A DNA stretch of 64,000 nt, taken from assembly GCA_047150005.1 (NCBI GenBank), contig AP038806.1, positions 2,560,001 to 2,624,000 of the forward strand. Reading direction: 5' to 3'. This DNA is from Nitrospira sp. (GTDB lineage: Bacteria; Nitrospirota; Nitrospiria; Nitrospirales; Nitrospiraceae). Position numbers and translations under genes: made by a program. This document shows, in pieces, positions 20,518 through 29,589 of the stretch; position 1 is the first letter of the stretch, and the number at the start of each line of letters is the position of its first letter. Under the pieces are notes generated by a model that searched no databases, was not told the origin of the DNA, and was given only the letters and a program-made list of their open reading frames with translations.

Positions 20518-21168
20518 TCACGAGCTGGAAACCAAGCCGTGCGCAACTGCGTATTTGACCAAGTCGGCGGTCGTGTGCAAGTCCAGCAATTCCATGATCT
20601 TAGCTTTATGGAATTCAACGGTTCGATGGGAGACCTTCAGCTGCGCGGCGATCTCCTTGGCCGAAAAACCCTCTGCGACGAGTTGCAGAATTTCCCGCTG
20701 CCTCATGGTCAGGTCGTCGGCCGCGGCGATTCGGGGTTGGCCGGGGGTGAGGAAGGAACTGATCACATCCTTTGTAATAAGCGGGGTGACGTAGTAGTTT
20801 CCTCCCATCACGCACTGAATCGCTTGGACCAACTCCTTCCCCGCCGACCGCTTGAGGAGATACCCGGACGCCCCCGCCTTGAAGGCCTCGGTGATGTAAG
20901 CCGTATCCGCATGCATGGTCACGAAGATGAGTTTCACGTCGGGCAGCAAGCGTTTCAGCTTCTTGGCCGCGTCAATGCCGTTGAGTCTGGGCATCGTGAT
21001 ATCGAGCAGGATCAGGTCCGGATGAACACGTTCTGCGGCTTCGACAAGCGCGCGCCCGTCCTCTACGGTTCCGGCGAGTTCGCAGTGCTCCTCGAGGAGT
21101 TTCTTGAATCCCTCAAGGACGAGGGTATGATCGTCAGCCAACAGGATTCGAGGTTTCTTCATTGCCAT
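20518..21168 (-). CDS. NarL/FixJ-family response regulator
   Basis: LADDH, LLDITMP, LuxR HTH (LTMRQREIL...TVEFHK). Confidence 0.95.
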   Translation of the reverse strand: MAMKKPRILLADDHTLVLEGFKKLLEEHCELAGTVEDGRALVEAAERVHPDLILLDITMPRLNGIDAAKKLKRLLPDVKLIFVTMHADTAYITEAFKAGASGYLLKRSAGKELVQAIQCVMGGNYYVTPLITKDVISSFLTPGQPRIAAADDLTMRQREILQLVAEGFSAKEIAAQLKVSHRTVEFHKAKIMELLDLHTTADLVKYAVAHGLVSSS

Positions 21169-22648
21169 AGGCTCCAGGAAGAGGAACGAGCACGGATATC
21201 CGGGTGCCGAAGCCGGGTCGTGAATGGATGTCCAGCCGGCCATGGACGGCTCGGACCCGCTCTCGCATGTTGATCAATCCCAACCCTTGCTGGTGGCGGT
21301 ATGGTTCGGGATCGAATCCCGTCCCGTTGTCGTGAATCGATAGGGTAACTGTGGAACCGTCGCAGGTCAATTCAAGCTCGACCCGCGAAGCTTTGGCGTG
21401 GCGTGAGACGTTGGCGAGGCTCTCTTGTGCGATCCGGTACAGGCAGGATGCAATATCCCGTGGAAATGGTGATGTCAGCTCCTCCTGGACCACGATGGTT
21501 TTCACGCCGGTCCTTGAAGAGAATTCGTCCGTCAGCTGCGTGAGGGCGGCCGGGAGCCCCAAGTCGTCCAGGATTGACGAATGAAATTCGTAGGCGATGC
21601 GGCGGACATCGTCGGAAATGGTCGCCAGGCGGTGAGCCAGCGATTGGATCGCTTGACGAGCCCGCCCGTCGGAGAGTGAGGGGTCCGTCTCCATGTTGCC
21701 CAGTTCAATGACGACGATGGCCAGCCGTTGATTGATGTCGTCGTGCAATTCGCGGGAGATCCGCCGGCGCTCTTCTTCCTGCGCCGTCATCAGTTGTGCG
21801 GTCAGCGACTGCAGTTGCCCCTCGGCTTGCAGGCGGTTGCTGATATCCCGCAGGATCACCGTAAAGGTCGTCTTCTCGCCGACGGTGAGTTTCGAAATGC
21901 TGGCTTCGGCGGGAAATTCCTTTCCGTCTTTTCTCAGACCGAAGACTCCCCGGCTTTCAGCCATACGCCGTGCTGATTCAGAACCGAGCGCAAAGGCTTG
22001 GATATTGGCGGTGTGATGGAGCCGGTGGCGCGTGGGCAGCAGCAGTTCGACCGGCTTGCCCAGAACTTCTTCCGGCCGGTAGCCGAACAATCTCGACGCG
22101 CCTTGGTTGAAAAGCGAGATGGATCGGTCTTCTTCGATCAGGATGATGGCGTCCTCGGCAATATCCAGAATCGCGGCGAGACGCCCCTCCGAGAGTCGAA
22201 AGGCCCGTTCAGTCTGCATGCGCTCGGTGACCTCGGAGACCAATGCCTCATTGACACCGGCGAGCTGTCTGGTCCGTTCGGCGATTCGTTCCTCAAGTCC
22301 TTCATTGACCTTCTGCAACGCTGTTTCCGCCTGCCGGCGCTTCAGCGCGAACCAGACCAGGACCCACAGGATGAGAATCGTGAAGGTCCGATTGCCGATC
22401 GGAATCCACAGAGCCTGATTGGGAAGCCGGGGACTGAGGAATGTGCCGAGGATCGTGAGGGCGGTGCAGATCGCCGCGACCACTCCCGGCATCCATGGGA
22501 AGCGGGAACCGATCGCGATCACGATGGCGATGGCGTAGAGAATATGGTTGGCAAAACTCAGCGGCGTATAGATGTCCAGGACGAAGAGTCCCGAGAGGAG
22601 CAGCACAAGAGCGCTGCTGCGCAACCTTTCTTTGTCAGTGGAGGACAT
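21134..22648 (-). CDS. PAS sensor histidine kinase (HisKA_3)
   Basis: TM region, PAS domain, EERRRISRELHDD, DNGTGF, GLGL. Confidence 0.95.
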   Translation of the reverse strand: MSSTDKERLRSSALVLLLSGLFVLDIYTPLSFANHILYAIAIVIAIGSRFPWMPGVVAAICTALTILGTFLSPRLPNQALWIPIGNRTFTILILWVLVWFALKRRQAETALQKVNEGLEERIAERTRQLAGVNEALVSEVTERMQTERAFRLSEGRLAAILDIAEDAIILIEEDRSISLFNQGASRLFGYRPEEVLGKPVELLLPTRHRLHHTANIQAFALGSESARRMAESRGVFGLRKDGKEFPAEASISKLTVGEKTTFTVILRDISNRLQAEGQLQSLTAQLMTAQEEERRRISRELHDDINQRLAIVVIELGNMETDPSLSDGRARQAIQSLAHRLATISDDVRRIAYEFHSSILDDLGLPAALTQLTDEFSSRTGVKTIVVQEELTSPFPRDIASCLYRIAQESLANVSRHAKASRVELELTCDGSTVTLSIHDNGTGFDPEPYRHQQGLGLINMRERVRAVHGRLDIHSRPGFGTRISVLVPLPGAYGNEETSNPVG

Positions 22649-22803
22649 GCAATCGGCTCGTGATGGCGGAAAATTATGATCCTTTCAGGTCCGGAGGCGC
22701 AAGGTGGCCGCTCGAGCGATCGATCGAGGAACGCGCGGACACGATGACGCAAGCTCAGGAATACTGCTTGACGGTCGCCGTGAAGGATTGTATCCCCTTA
22801 GCC

Positions 22804-23709
22804 ATGTCATCGCCGTCCAGCAGTTTCGCCTATGGGGCGATCGTGACCGCCGCCGTACTCTGGGGAGGATCCATCGTCGCACAAAAGCTCGCGTTGAGCG
22901 GGTTTTCTGCGGTCGAAGCCTCCGTGCTGCGCGACATCGGCGGGCTGGCCATTCTGTTGACGACATGGTGGTGGCAGGAAGGGTCGCTTGCCGGGTTGAC
23001 GAGAGCGGACTTTCGCACGTTGTTCTGGCTCGGACTCGGCGTCCTCGGTAACCACCTCCTGATCTTGATGGGCCTCAACTATGTCAGCGGCGCCGTGGCT
23101 GGTGTCATCATCGGGTCCGCACCGGTTGTGACCGCGCTCCTGTCGGCGGTGTTGATTCAAGATGTGCCCTTGCGCATGCTGTGGGGCGGAAGTCTGTTGT
23201 CATTCATGGGAGTCGCGCTCGTCTCCGTGGCAGGTTTTCGGGCAGCGGGGGAACGGCCGCTTCTGGGTGGCTTGCTCGTCTTTCTCGGCGTGGCGAGTTG
23301 GGCGCTCTACAGTATCGGCAGCCGCGCCATCATGGAGCGAGTGTCGGCCCTGACCGTCAACTGGACCACGTTGCTTGTTTCGACGGGACTACAGATCCCG
23401 TTACTCTGGATGGATCGCAAGATGATGAAGGCAGGCGCGGCATCCGTCAGCGCGTCGGATTGGCTGGCACTCGGATATCTGATCGTGTTCGCCACCGCGG
23501 TGGCCCAGCAGGCATGGCTGTACGGGGTGCAGGGCATCGGACCGTCCCGTGCCACCGTGCTTGGGAATCTGACTCCGGTCGCGGCCGTGGCCTTGTCCGC
23601 CGTGATCCTCGGCGAGTCGGTCGGGATGATCGAGGTGGCGGGGATCGCGCTGATCCTGGCCGGTGTCTGGCTGGTCCATCACCAAACTTCGAATCTCGCC
23701 CGCGCCTGA
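22804..23709 (+). CDS. EamA/DMT transporter
   Basis: About 10 TM helices in two repeats; LWGG and ILGE motifs. Confidence 0.9.
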   Translation: MSSPSSSFAYGAIVTAAVLWGGSIVAQKLALSGFSAVEASVLRDIGGLAILLTTWWWQEGSLAGLTRADFRTLFWLGLGVLGNHLLILMGLNYVSGAVAGVIIGSAPVVTALLSAVLIQDVPLRMLWGGSLLSFMGVALVSVAGFRAAGERPLLGGLLVFLGVASWALYSIGSRAIMERVSALTVNWTTLLVSTGLQIPLLWMDRKMMKAGAASVSASDWLALGYLIVFATAVAQQAWLYGVQGIGPSRATVLGNLTPVAAVALSAVILGESVGMIEVAGIALILAGVWLVHHQTSNLARA

Positions 23710-23749
23710 TCCGGAAGTTTCACGCTCGCCCTCCTAGGCAGTTTCCAGT

Positions 23750-24172
23750 ATGATACCCCGTTCGGATGGGGAGCGACCTGTGATCGAACAGCGTATTGAA
23801 GAAGTCACCAGAGCCAATCAACGATTTTACGACGCGTTCGAATCGCTCGACGTCGCCAAGATGGACGAGGTGTGGGCGCACCTCGAATATGTCACCTGTA
23901 TTCATCCGGGCTGGACGCTCCGTTCCGATTGGCCTTCCGTACGCGACTCCTGGGTGCTGATCTTCAACAACACGTTCTCGATGAAGTTCGACCTGACCGA
24001 AATCACGGTGCAGGTGGCGGGCGACATTGCCTGGGTCATCTGTGTCGAGAACATCACGAGCCAGCAGTCGGATGAGCCGCAGCAGCTCCGCGTGCTGGCG
24101 ACGAATCTGTTCGAGCGAATCGGAGATGAGTGGCTGATGATTCATCATCACGGAAGTACGGTGATGGGGTGA
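23750..24172 (+). CDS. SnoaL/NTF2-like protein
   Basis: ANQRFYDAFES, CIHPGW, ATNLFE, HHHGS. Confidence 0.85.
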   Translation: MIPRSDGERPVIEQRIEEVTRANQRFYDAFESLDVAKMDEVWAHLEYVTCIHPGWTLRSDWPSVRDSWVLIFNNTFSMKFDLTEITVQVAGDIAWVICVENITSQQSDEPQQLRVLATNLFERIGDEWLMIHHHGSTVMG

Positions 24173-24310
24173 ACGAGGCGAGGAACAGCAAGCCTCACGT
24201 GTGTTCACGCCGCTGAAAAGGTACAGCAACAGTCTGACCTACTATTGCGACTCGTCAGCTCGATGGATGTTCGTGCGCCGAGTAGAAGATTGAAGGAGGA
24301 AAGAACGGCG

Positions 24311-24550
24311 TCAAGGCTTCGGAGCGGACGCAGGGGAGGGTTCAACGGCGCGGACGGTCTGTTGCCATTCCGCGACGATCATGTCGCGTTGGTCCATCGT
24401 CATGCCGGCATAGGTCAAAAACATCTGAGGACCCTTGCGGCGGCGCCACGTGAGATAATGAAGAAAATGTTCCTTGCAGACGTTGTGCGTACCGGCGGGG
24501 GCGTAGACCTTCCCTTGGCAGCCTTGGATGATACAGTGGAATTGGCTCAC
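24311..24550 (-). CDS. Small hypothetical protein, possible Zn-binding
   Basis: C-x4-C...CKEH; RBS-like GAGGGA upstream. Confidence 0.6.
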   Translation of the reverse strand: MSQFHCIIQGCQGKVYAPAGTHNVCKEHFLHYLTWRRRKGPQMFLTYAGMTMDQRDMIVAEWQQTVRAVEPSPASAPKP

Positions 24551-24615
24551 GTCGTCCCTCTTGAGATTCGACAGTATGCACGACCAATGACCGGCTTTTC
24601 AACCACCGAGCAGGC

Positions 24616-24830
24616 CTAGCGCGCATTATTCATGAATGCTTCTACTGCAATTGCGGATTCGCTGCTGCGACAAGCCTGCGTGCGGAGTTTCGGCACGCAG
24701 GCGGGCGGGCTCGCCGCTCGGTCGGTCAACATACTGTTTCAAGTATGCTTCCCTCCTTCACGGCTCCACGCGCCTGTCTCGCCACGCGACTCCACAATTT
24801 CGCGACGAACCATCGTGAATAATGGGCGCG
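24616..24830. mobile_element. MITE-like palindromic repeat, copy 1
   Basis: Ends CTAGCGCGCATTATTCATGA ... TCGTGAATAATGGGCG; internal similarity to 28053-28315. Confidence 0.7.
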
Positions 24831-24879
24831 AACGATGCCCGGCTTGTCCCGAGATCGCGTTGCGCTCATGATCATGATA

Positions 24880-26379
24880 ATGTCGCGGCAGATCCTGGCG
24901 CTGTGTGTTCTGGCCCTCGCGGTGCTGACCGCGTGCACGTCAGCCTCCCGTGAAGCGCTCCCTCCGGACAGTCCCTTTCCCGAGACGACGGCGCTCAGAG
25001 ACAGGCTGCTGCCCGAAGGGCTGGCGGTAGGCGATGTGACCAGCCGGTCGGCGGTGCTGTGGCTGCGCACGGACGGCCCGAAAGCCGTCCAGGTTCTGTG
25101 GGCGCCGCTTGACGATTGGGAGAAGATGGGCGCCATGGCGTCGGTACGACCGGTCGTGTCGCAGACTCCGACGCAGGTCACGAGTCCGGACACTGACTTC
25201 ACCCTGTCCGTGCCGCTCGAACGTCTGACTCCCGCCACGCGGTACCGATACCGTGTTCTCGTCGATTCCGTCGATCACGCCTCAGGGCCGACACCCGGCT
25301 CCCTTGCCGCAACCGGTGAGCTGACGACGCTGCCGGATCCGGCGCAGCCCGTACCGCTGACGTTCGCGTGGAGTGGGGATTTGGGAGGTCAGGAACGGTG
25401 CCGACAGGGGGAGGCCGGCTATCCGATTTTCGACGTGATCGGCGCGCAGCGTCCGGATTTCTTTGTGTTTCTCGGCGACACCATCTACGCCGACGGGATC
25501 TGCTCAGCTCCTCGCAACGAACCGGGAGCCGGTTTCGTCGCCACGAATCTGCAGGAATATCGGATGCGGCATCGGTACCAACGCGGCGCTCCGGCATTGC
25601 GCAGACTGCTGAGCCGCGTGCCCCTGTATGTGATCTGGGACGATCATGAAGTGAAGGACAATTTTGCCGGCCCGTACGAGCCCAACATGGCCGCAGGGCG
25701 TCAGGCGCTGCGGGAATATTGGCCGATCGCGAGGCAGCCCGACGATCCGGATCGAATGTATCGCAGCGTGCGGTACGGTGCGGATCTCGAACTCTTTATC
25801 CTCGATACTCGACAGTATCGCAGCCGGAATTCGGATCCGGACGGGCCGGCCAAGACGATGCTGGGGCCGGCTCAGTTGGCTTGGCTGCTCGATGGGCTGC
25901 GCGCGTCTACGGCGACGTGGAAAGCCGTGGTCACCAGCGTGCCGCTTTCGATTCCCAAAGGCGGCGGGGCGGCCGCGCCCGGCTATGACGGATGGGCAGG
26001 CGGACCCCCCGACGGATCCGCCAAGGGATCAGACGGGACCGGTTTCGAGCGGGAGCGGCAGGCCGTCGTCGATCGGATCCTGGCGGACCAGATCAAGAAC
26101 GTCGTGTTCCTGGCGGGCGACGTTCACTATGTGCAAGCCAACGCCTACGATCCGGACGGAGACGGCCGCGTCGATTTCCACGAGTTCGTGGCTGGGCCGC
26201 TTTCGGCGCGATTCGGTCGTATGACGCCGCCGAACCCCGGCCTACATCCGACCGTTCTGCTCAACGACGGGGGGTACTCCAATTTCGGACTCGTTCGAGT
26301 CACCGCGGAGGCGTTTGAGGTGGCATTTGTTGACGATACCGGGAAAACTCGTTTCTCCCACCGCGTGCAGGCTCACTAA
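24880..26379 (+). CDS. phoD: Alkaline phosphatase D family lipoprotein (start uncertain)
   Basis: LGDTIYAD, WDDHEV, LDTRQYR, LAGDVH; lipobox LTA-C. Confidence 0.9.
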   Translation: MSRQILALCVLALAVLTACTSASREALPPDSPFPETTALRDRLLPEGLAVGDVTSRSAVLWLRTDGPKAVQVLWAPLDDWEKMGAMASVRPVVSQTPTQVTSPDTDFTLSVPLERLTPATRYRYRVLVDSVDHASGPTPGSLAATGELTTLPDPAQPVPLTFAWSGDLGGQERCRQGEAGYPIFDVIGAQRPDFFVFLGDTIYADGICSAPRNEPGAGFVATNLQEYRMRHRYQRGAPALRRLLSRVPLYVIWDDHEVKDNFAGPYEPNMAAGRQALREYWPIARQPDDPDRMYRSVRYGADLELFILDTRQYRSRNSDPDGPAKTMLGPAQLAWLLDGLRASTATWKAVVTSVPLSIPKGGGAAAPGYDGWAGGPPDGSAKGSDGTGFERERQAVVDRILADQIKNVVFLAGDVHYVQANAYDPDGDGRVDFHEFVAGPLSARFGRMTPPNPGLHPTVLLNDGGYSNFGLVRVTAEAFEVAFVDDTGKTRFSHRVQAH

Positions 26380-26459
26380 CCTAGACCCTTGCATTCCCGG
26401 TTGGCAACCGGTTACGGTAACCACCTTTGCGGATCCGTGAAGGGCCATATCGTTCATTC

Positions 26460-26708
26460 ATGCTGCTACAGTTCATTTCGGTGGTCGGGGCGCTGATGGT
26501 GTTGGCGGCGTACGGGCTCAATCAGAGCGGAATTTGGCGCGAGCTCCACTCCGGCTACCTCACCCTGAACATCGTGGGATCGCTGCTCTTGGGAGTGGTC
26601 GCGATCGCCGATGGCCGGGCCGGTTTCATTCTGTTGGAGTTTGCATGGGCCGCCTTGGGAATTCTCGGAGTCATTCGAGCGGTCCGTGGACGGCAGCATC
26701 ATCAGTAA
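26460..26708 (+). CDS. Small membrane protein (CBU_0592-like)
   Basis: GALMVLAAY...YLTLNIVGS...GFILLEFAW. Confidence 0.7.
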   Translation: MLLQFISVVGALMVLAAYGLNQSGIWRELHSGYLTLNIVGSLLLGVVAIADGRAGFILLEFAWAALGILGVIRAVRGRQHHQ

Positions 26709-26737
26709 AGAGGTTGTACAGAGGATTCACGATAATC

Positions 26738-26864
26738 GCGGGTCGTTCCAAACAGGCAGCCCAGCAAGGCCGCAGCGCGCGAAGAGACGAAGGCTACGCT
26801 TCTTCGTCTGTCGAGTCTCTGAGCGACGCGAGAACGCCGCTGGCGGCCTGTTTCAACGGCCTGC
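26738..26864. repeat. Intergenic palindromic REP/MITE-like element
   Basis: Imperfect terminal IR GCGGGTCGTTCCAAACAGGC / GCCTGTTTCAACGGCCTGC; internal hairpin GACGAAG...CTTCGTC. Confidence 0.6.
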
Positions 26865-26878
26865 CAAGGAGAATAAAT

Positions 26879-27361
26879 ATGGCAGGGTTGATGTCGGCGG
26901 ATGAGATTTTCGAGAAAGCGCAGGCGGCGGCGGTGGCGGCCACAAGCCCCGATGAGAAAGCCTTGCAGATCGACTATGCAGCGTTGAAGGAAAAGATCCG
27001 GGCGGCGTTGGGTGACAGAAAGGTGGCACTCTGTCATATCAACAAATTCCTGCCGGAAGGATACGAGGAACAGGGCCGGTTCAATCTGGTCCTGCTGACG
27101 GCCGGCAACGTCGTCTTCGACATCGTCATCGGTGATTCCTACTTCCGTTACGACGTGTTGTCGGTCGGGCAGCTCGACAAGGTCCAAGTGATCGACGCGA
27201 TGTGGGAGAACCGAGAAAAGCGCCGCGAAGAGCCGTTTCTGAGCCTGCGCCTCATGCACGCCGAGGAGACGCATCTCCTGCTGGCGTTGGACGAAGACGA
27301 ACGGAAAAGCTTGCTGGCGTTCGCGAAGGCGGTTTCAGCAGCGCGGAATCCTGAACGCTGA
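26879..27361 (+). CDS. Conserved hypothetical protein (160 aa)
   Basis: AGGAG RBS; the duplicated 3' half differs mostly at synonymous sites, which supports coding status. Confidence 0.8.
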   Translation: MAGLMSADEIFEKAQAAAVAATSPDEKALQIDYAALKEKIRAALGDRKVALCHINKFLPEGYEEQGRFNLVLLTAGNVVFDIVIGDSYFRYDVLSVGQLDKVQVIDAMWENREKRREEPFLSLRLMHAEETHLLLALDEDERKSLLAFAKAVSAARNPER

Positions 27362-27718
27362 GCACTCAAACGAGCTGGGCGCTCCAACACTGCTCAGCGC
27401 CTTACACTGGCCAGTACTAGCGGGTGGGCGGGTTTCCGGTTCCTTGTGTATAGGGCTAACTGGGTGATGAGCCGCGCGTTATTTTGACAGTCGGTCTCGA
27501 TCGCCTGATGAAGCTCTTCTCGCTCCGACACGCCCGCAGCATGATGAGCTGTCGGCCGACGTGCTCCAGTAAATCGTTCTCGCCATAATGTTCTCCAGTC
27601 TCGTGAAGCAAAGGGGAGTCGTTGTTTATGAGCTTCTTGTGCGCCCTGAGGTCGCAAGATCTATGCTGATCTGTACGGTAGCCGGGTCATCTTCATGTAT
27701 TTCCCATCCGTGGGCCGT

Positions 27719-28048
27719 TCACCGGCCAGCTCTAGCCGCCATGGCGAAGTGGAAAAAATAGCGGTCAAGCGAGGCGAGATCACTGCCGTAGGTTGTCCCG
27801 CCGAACATGGCATCGCACAGCAGTTCGCGCGCACGGGTCAGTTCTTTCCGCCGGCCCTTCCACCGCTCGTCCGCGATCGTCAAATCCAGCAGTTCCAGGG
27901 CTCGATCGAAGGCCTGTTCGCAACGCTGCGGATCCTTCCCATACCAACGCGCAGCTCGCGCCACATCGCTGCCGACATGGGCCAGTTGCTCCACGAGTGA
28001 GAGCTGGTACCAGTGTCCGGCGGCTAATTGCTCGTGAATGGGTGACAT
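27719..28048 (-). CDS. Hypothetical helical protein
   Basis: W..LSLVEQLAHVGSDVARA...RALELLDLT...KELTRARE; co-oriented with the DUF5674-like gene. Confidence 0.7.
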   Translation of the reverse strand: MSPIHEQLAAGHWYQLSLVEQLAHVGSDVARAARWYGKDPQRCEQAFDRALELLDLTIADERWKGRRKELTRARELLCDAMFGGTTYGSDLASLDRYFFHFAMAARAGR

Positions 28049-28052
28049 GCGC

Positions 28053-28315
28053 TTAGCCCACATTATTCATGAGCGCTTCTGCTCCAACTGCCGATACGCC
28101 GCTGCGACAGGCTTGGATGGCGGTTTCCCGCATCCAAGCGGGCAGGCTCGCCGCTCGGCCTCGGGAAAGAACGCATTCCGATGCGTTGGGGCTGGGCGGG
28201 TGCGATCGGGGACATACTGCGTCAAGTATGCCTTCCTTCCTCGTGGCTCCGCGTGCCCGTCTCGCGTGGCGTCTTGGCGGTTTCGTCACGAGCCGTCATG
28301 AATAATGCGGGCTAG
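28053..28315. mobile_element. MITE-like palindromic repeat, copy 2
   Basis: 18/20 terminal IR TTAGCCCACATTATTCATGA / TCATGAATAATGCGGGCTAG; overlaps the stop codon of the adjacent gene. Confidence 0.75.
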
Positions 28316-28659
28316 CCCTGCACCAAGCGATTCACGACGGCCGTTACCGCGTTTTGGATCTCCGCACGCTCGACGTATCGGGACCGGTTTCCCCCGGAGG
28401 GGCGCACATTGATCATCGAGTCGAATTCAATCCATTCGGAGGTCGGCCGTTCAGGGTAGAGATTGATGCCCCATAGGTTTCTCTGTAGCGAGCCGTGCTC
28501 TAAGAGCATGGCTTCCTCGTCGGAGTGCAGTTCCCCGCCGATGGCCATGATGCTCTGATCGATATCCACAACCGCCTTGACCATATCGCCGAACTGCTGC
28601 TGAGCCATGGCGTTCAGATCGGCCTTCGTCACACTCGTTCGAACGATGATGATCTCCAT
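28312..28659 (-). CDS. DUF5674-like protein
   Basis: KAVVDI...GGELHSDEEAMLL..GS.Q.NLWGINLYP...IEFDSMINVRP. Confidence 0.7.
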   Translation of the reverse strand: MEIIIVRTSVTKADLNAMAQQQFGDMVKAVVDIDQSIMAIGGELHSDEEAMLLEHGSLQRNLWGINLYPERPTSEWIEFDSMINVRPSGGNRSRYVERAEIQNAVTAVVNRLVQG

Positions 28660-28817
28660 GACGCGTTTTTCAGAACGTGAGAGTCGCCCGCGGCGCAAGA
28701 TTGCGGGTTGTGCAGGCTACTGTCAATACCAATTCGTTGGCACGTTTGGGGCCGGATCCTGTCTGTGCGTATCGATTGCCTGCGGACTGAAAGGTCCGAC
28801 CCCCTTAACTCCGGCCG

Positions 28818-29093
28818 CTGGTCCTGCTCACGGCCGGCAACGTCGTCTTCGACATCGTCATCGGTGATTCCTACTTCCGTTACGACGTCCTGTCCGTCGG
28901 ACAGCTCGATAAGGTTCAGGTCATCGACGCCATGTGGGACAATCGCGAAACGCGCCGCGAAGAGCCGTTTCTGAGTCTGCGCCTCATGCACGCGGAGGAG
29001 ACGCATCTCCTGCTGGCGTTGGACGAAGACGAACGGAAGAGCTTGTTGGCGTTCGCGAAAGTCGTTTCGGGGGCAAGGAACCCGGAAAAGTAA
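28818..29093 (+). pseudogene. Start-less duplicate of the 3' 276 bp of the 26879-27361 gene
   Basis: Colinear with 27086-27361; about 32 mismatches by manual count. Confidence 0.9.
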
Positions 29094-29233
29094 TCGCCTG
29101 ACTCTACAAGGACTGAGGTGGCACTGAGCCCGTGTTCAATGCTGCGACAGGCTGCATGAAGGTCACCAAGACCGTCTCCGCATGGGCCGCTCCATTGCGA
29201 CGCTACTCGGATGGCCTCTAACTCAAGGTGGCC

Positions 29234-29333
29234 GCTAGAGAATCGGCTTCATCAGTGATTCGAGCGCCGGACGCATCGACTCAACCAGCTTGCCATCGAG
29301 GGAATCCACTGACACTGCAAGCAGTTATTAGCC
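29234..29333 (-). mobile_element. Possible degenerate attC
   Basis: Minus strand GGCTAAT-AACTGCTTGCA...CAGTGGATTC/GAATCACTG stem...TGAAGC; R' is not canonical. Confidence 0.35.
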
Positions 29334-29516
29334 AGAATGGAGAATCCTGCTCAAGCGTTCGCTGTCTGAAATACCAATCGCTGGAGCAGGTTCAGGATAA
29401 TCGGCCTGTCGTTCGCATCAGTCACGGCAAGTTGGGTTCCGAACTTCAGGGATGTTGCGCCGCCCATCGATTGCAGCGTTGTAGAGCGCGAGGTTCGTCA
29501 GATCACGGGACCACTT

Positions 29517-29589
29517 GGCTAACGACGGAGTTCAGTCGTGAAAGCTGGGTGTGAGCGAGGACTTCGACAGCTGCAACGCCGTGTTAGAC
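29517..29589 (-). mobile_element. attC site
   Basis: Minus strand GTCTAAC (contains the TIR gene stop)...TTGCAGC...ACTGAA...GTTAGCC. Confidence 0.85.

Noticed and set aside
27362..27700. ORF or att site in the islet's left spacer (GGCTAAC at about 27454)
   Set aside because: No paired attC structure or credible protein.
29400..29510. RDLTNLALYNAAID fragment resembling a small tyrosine recombinase
   Set aside because: Too short and no continuing frame; may be chance.
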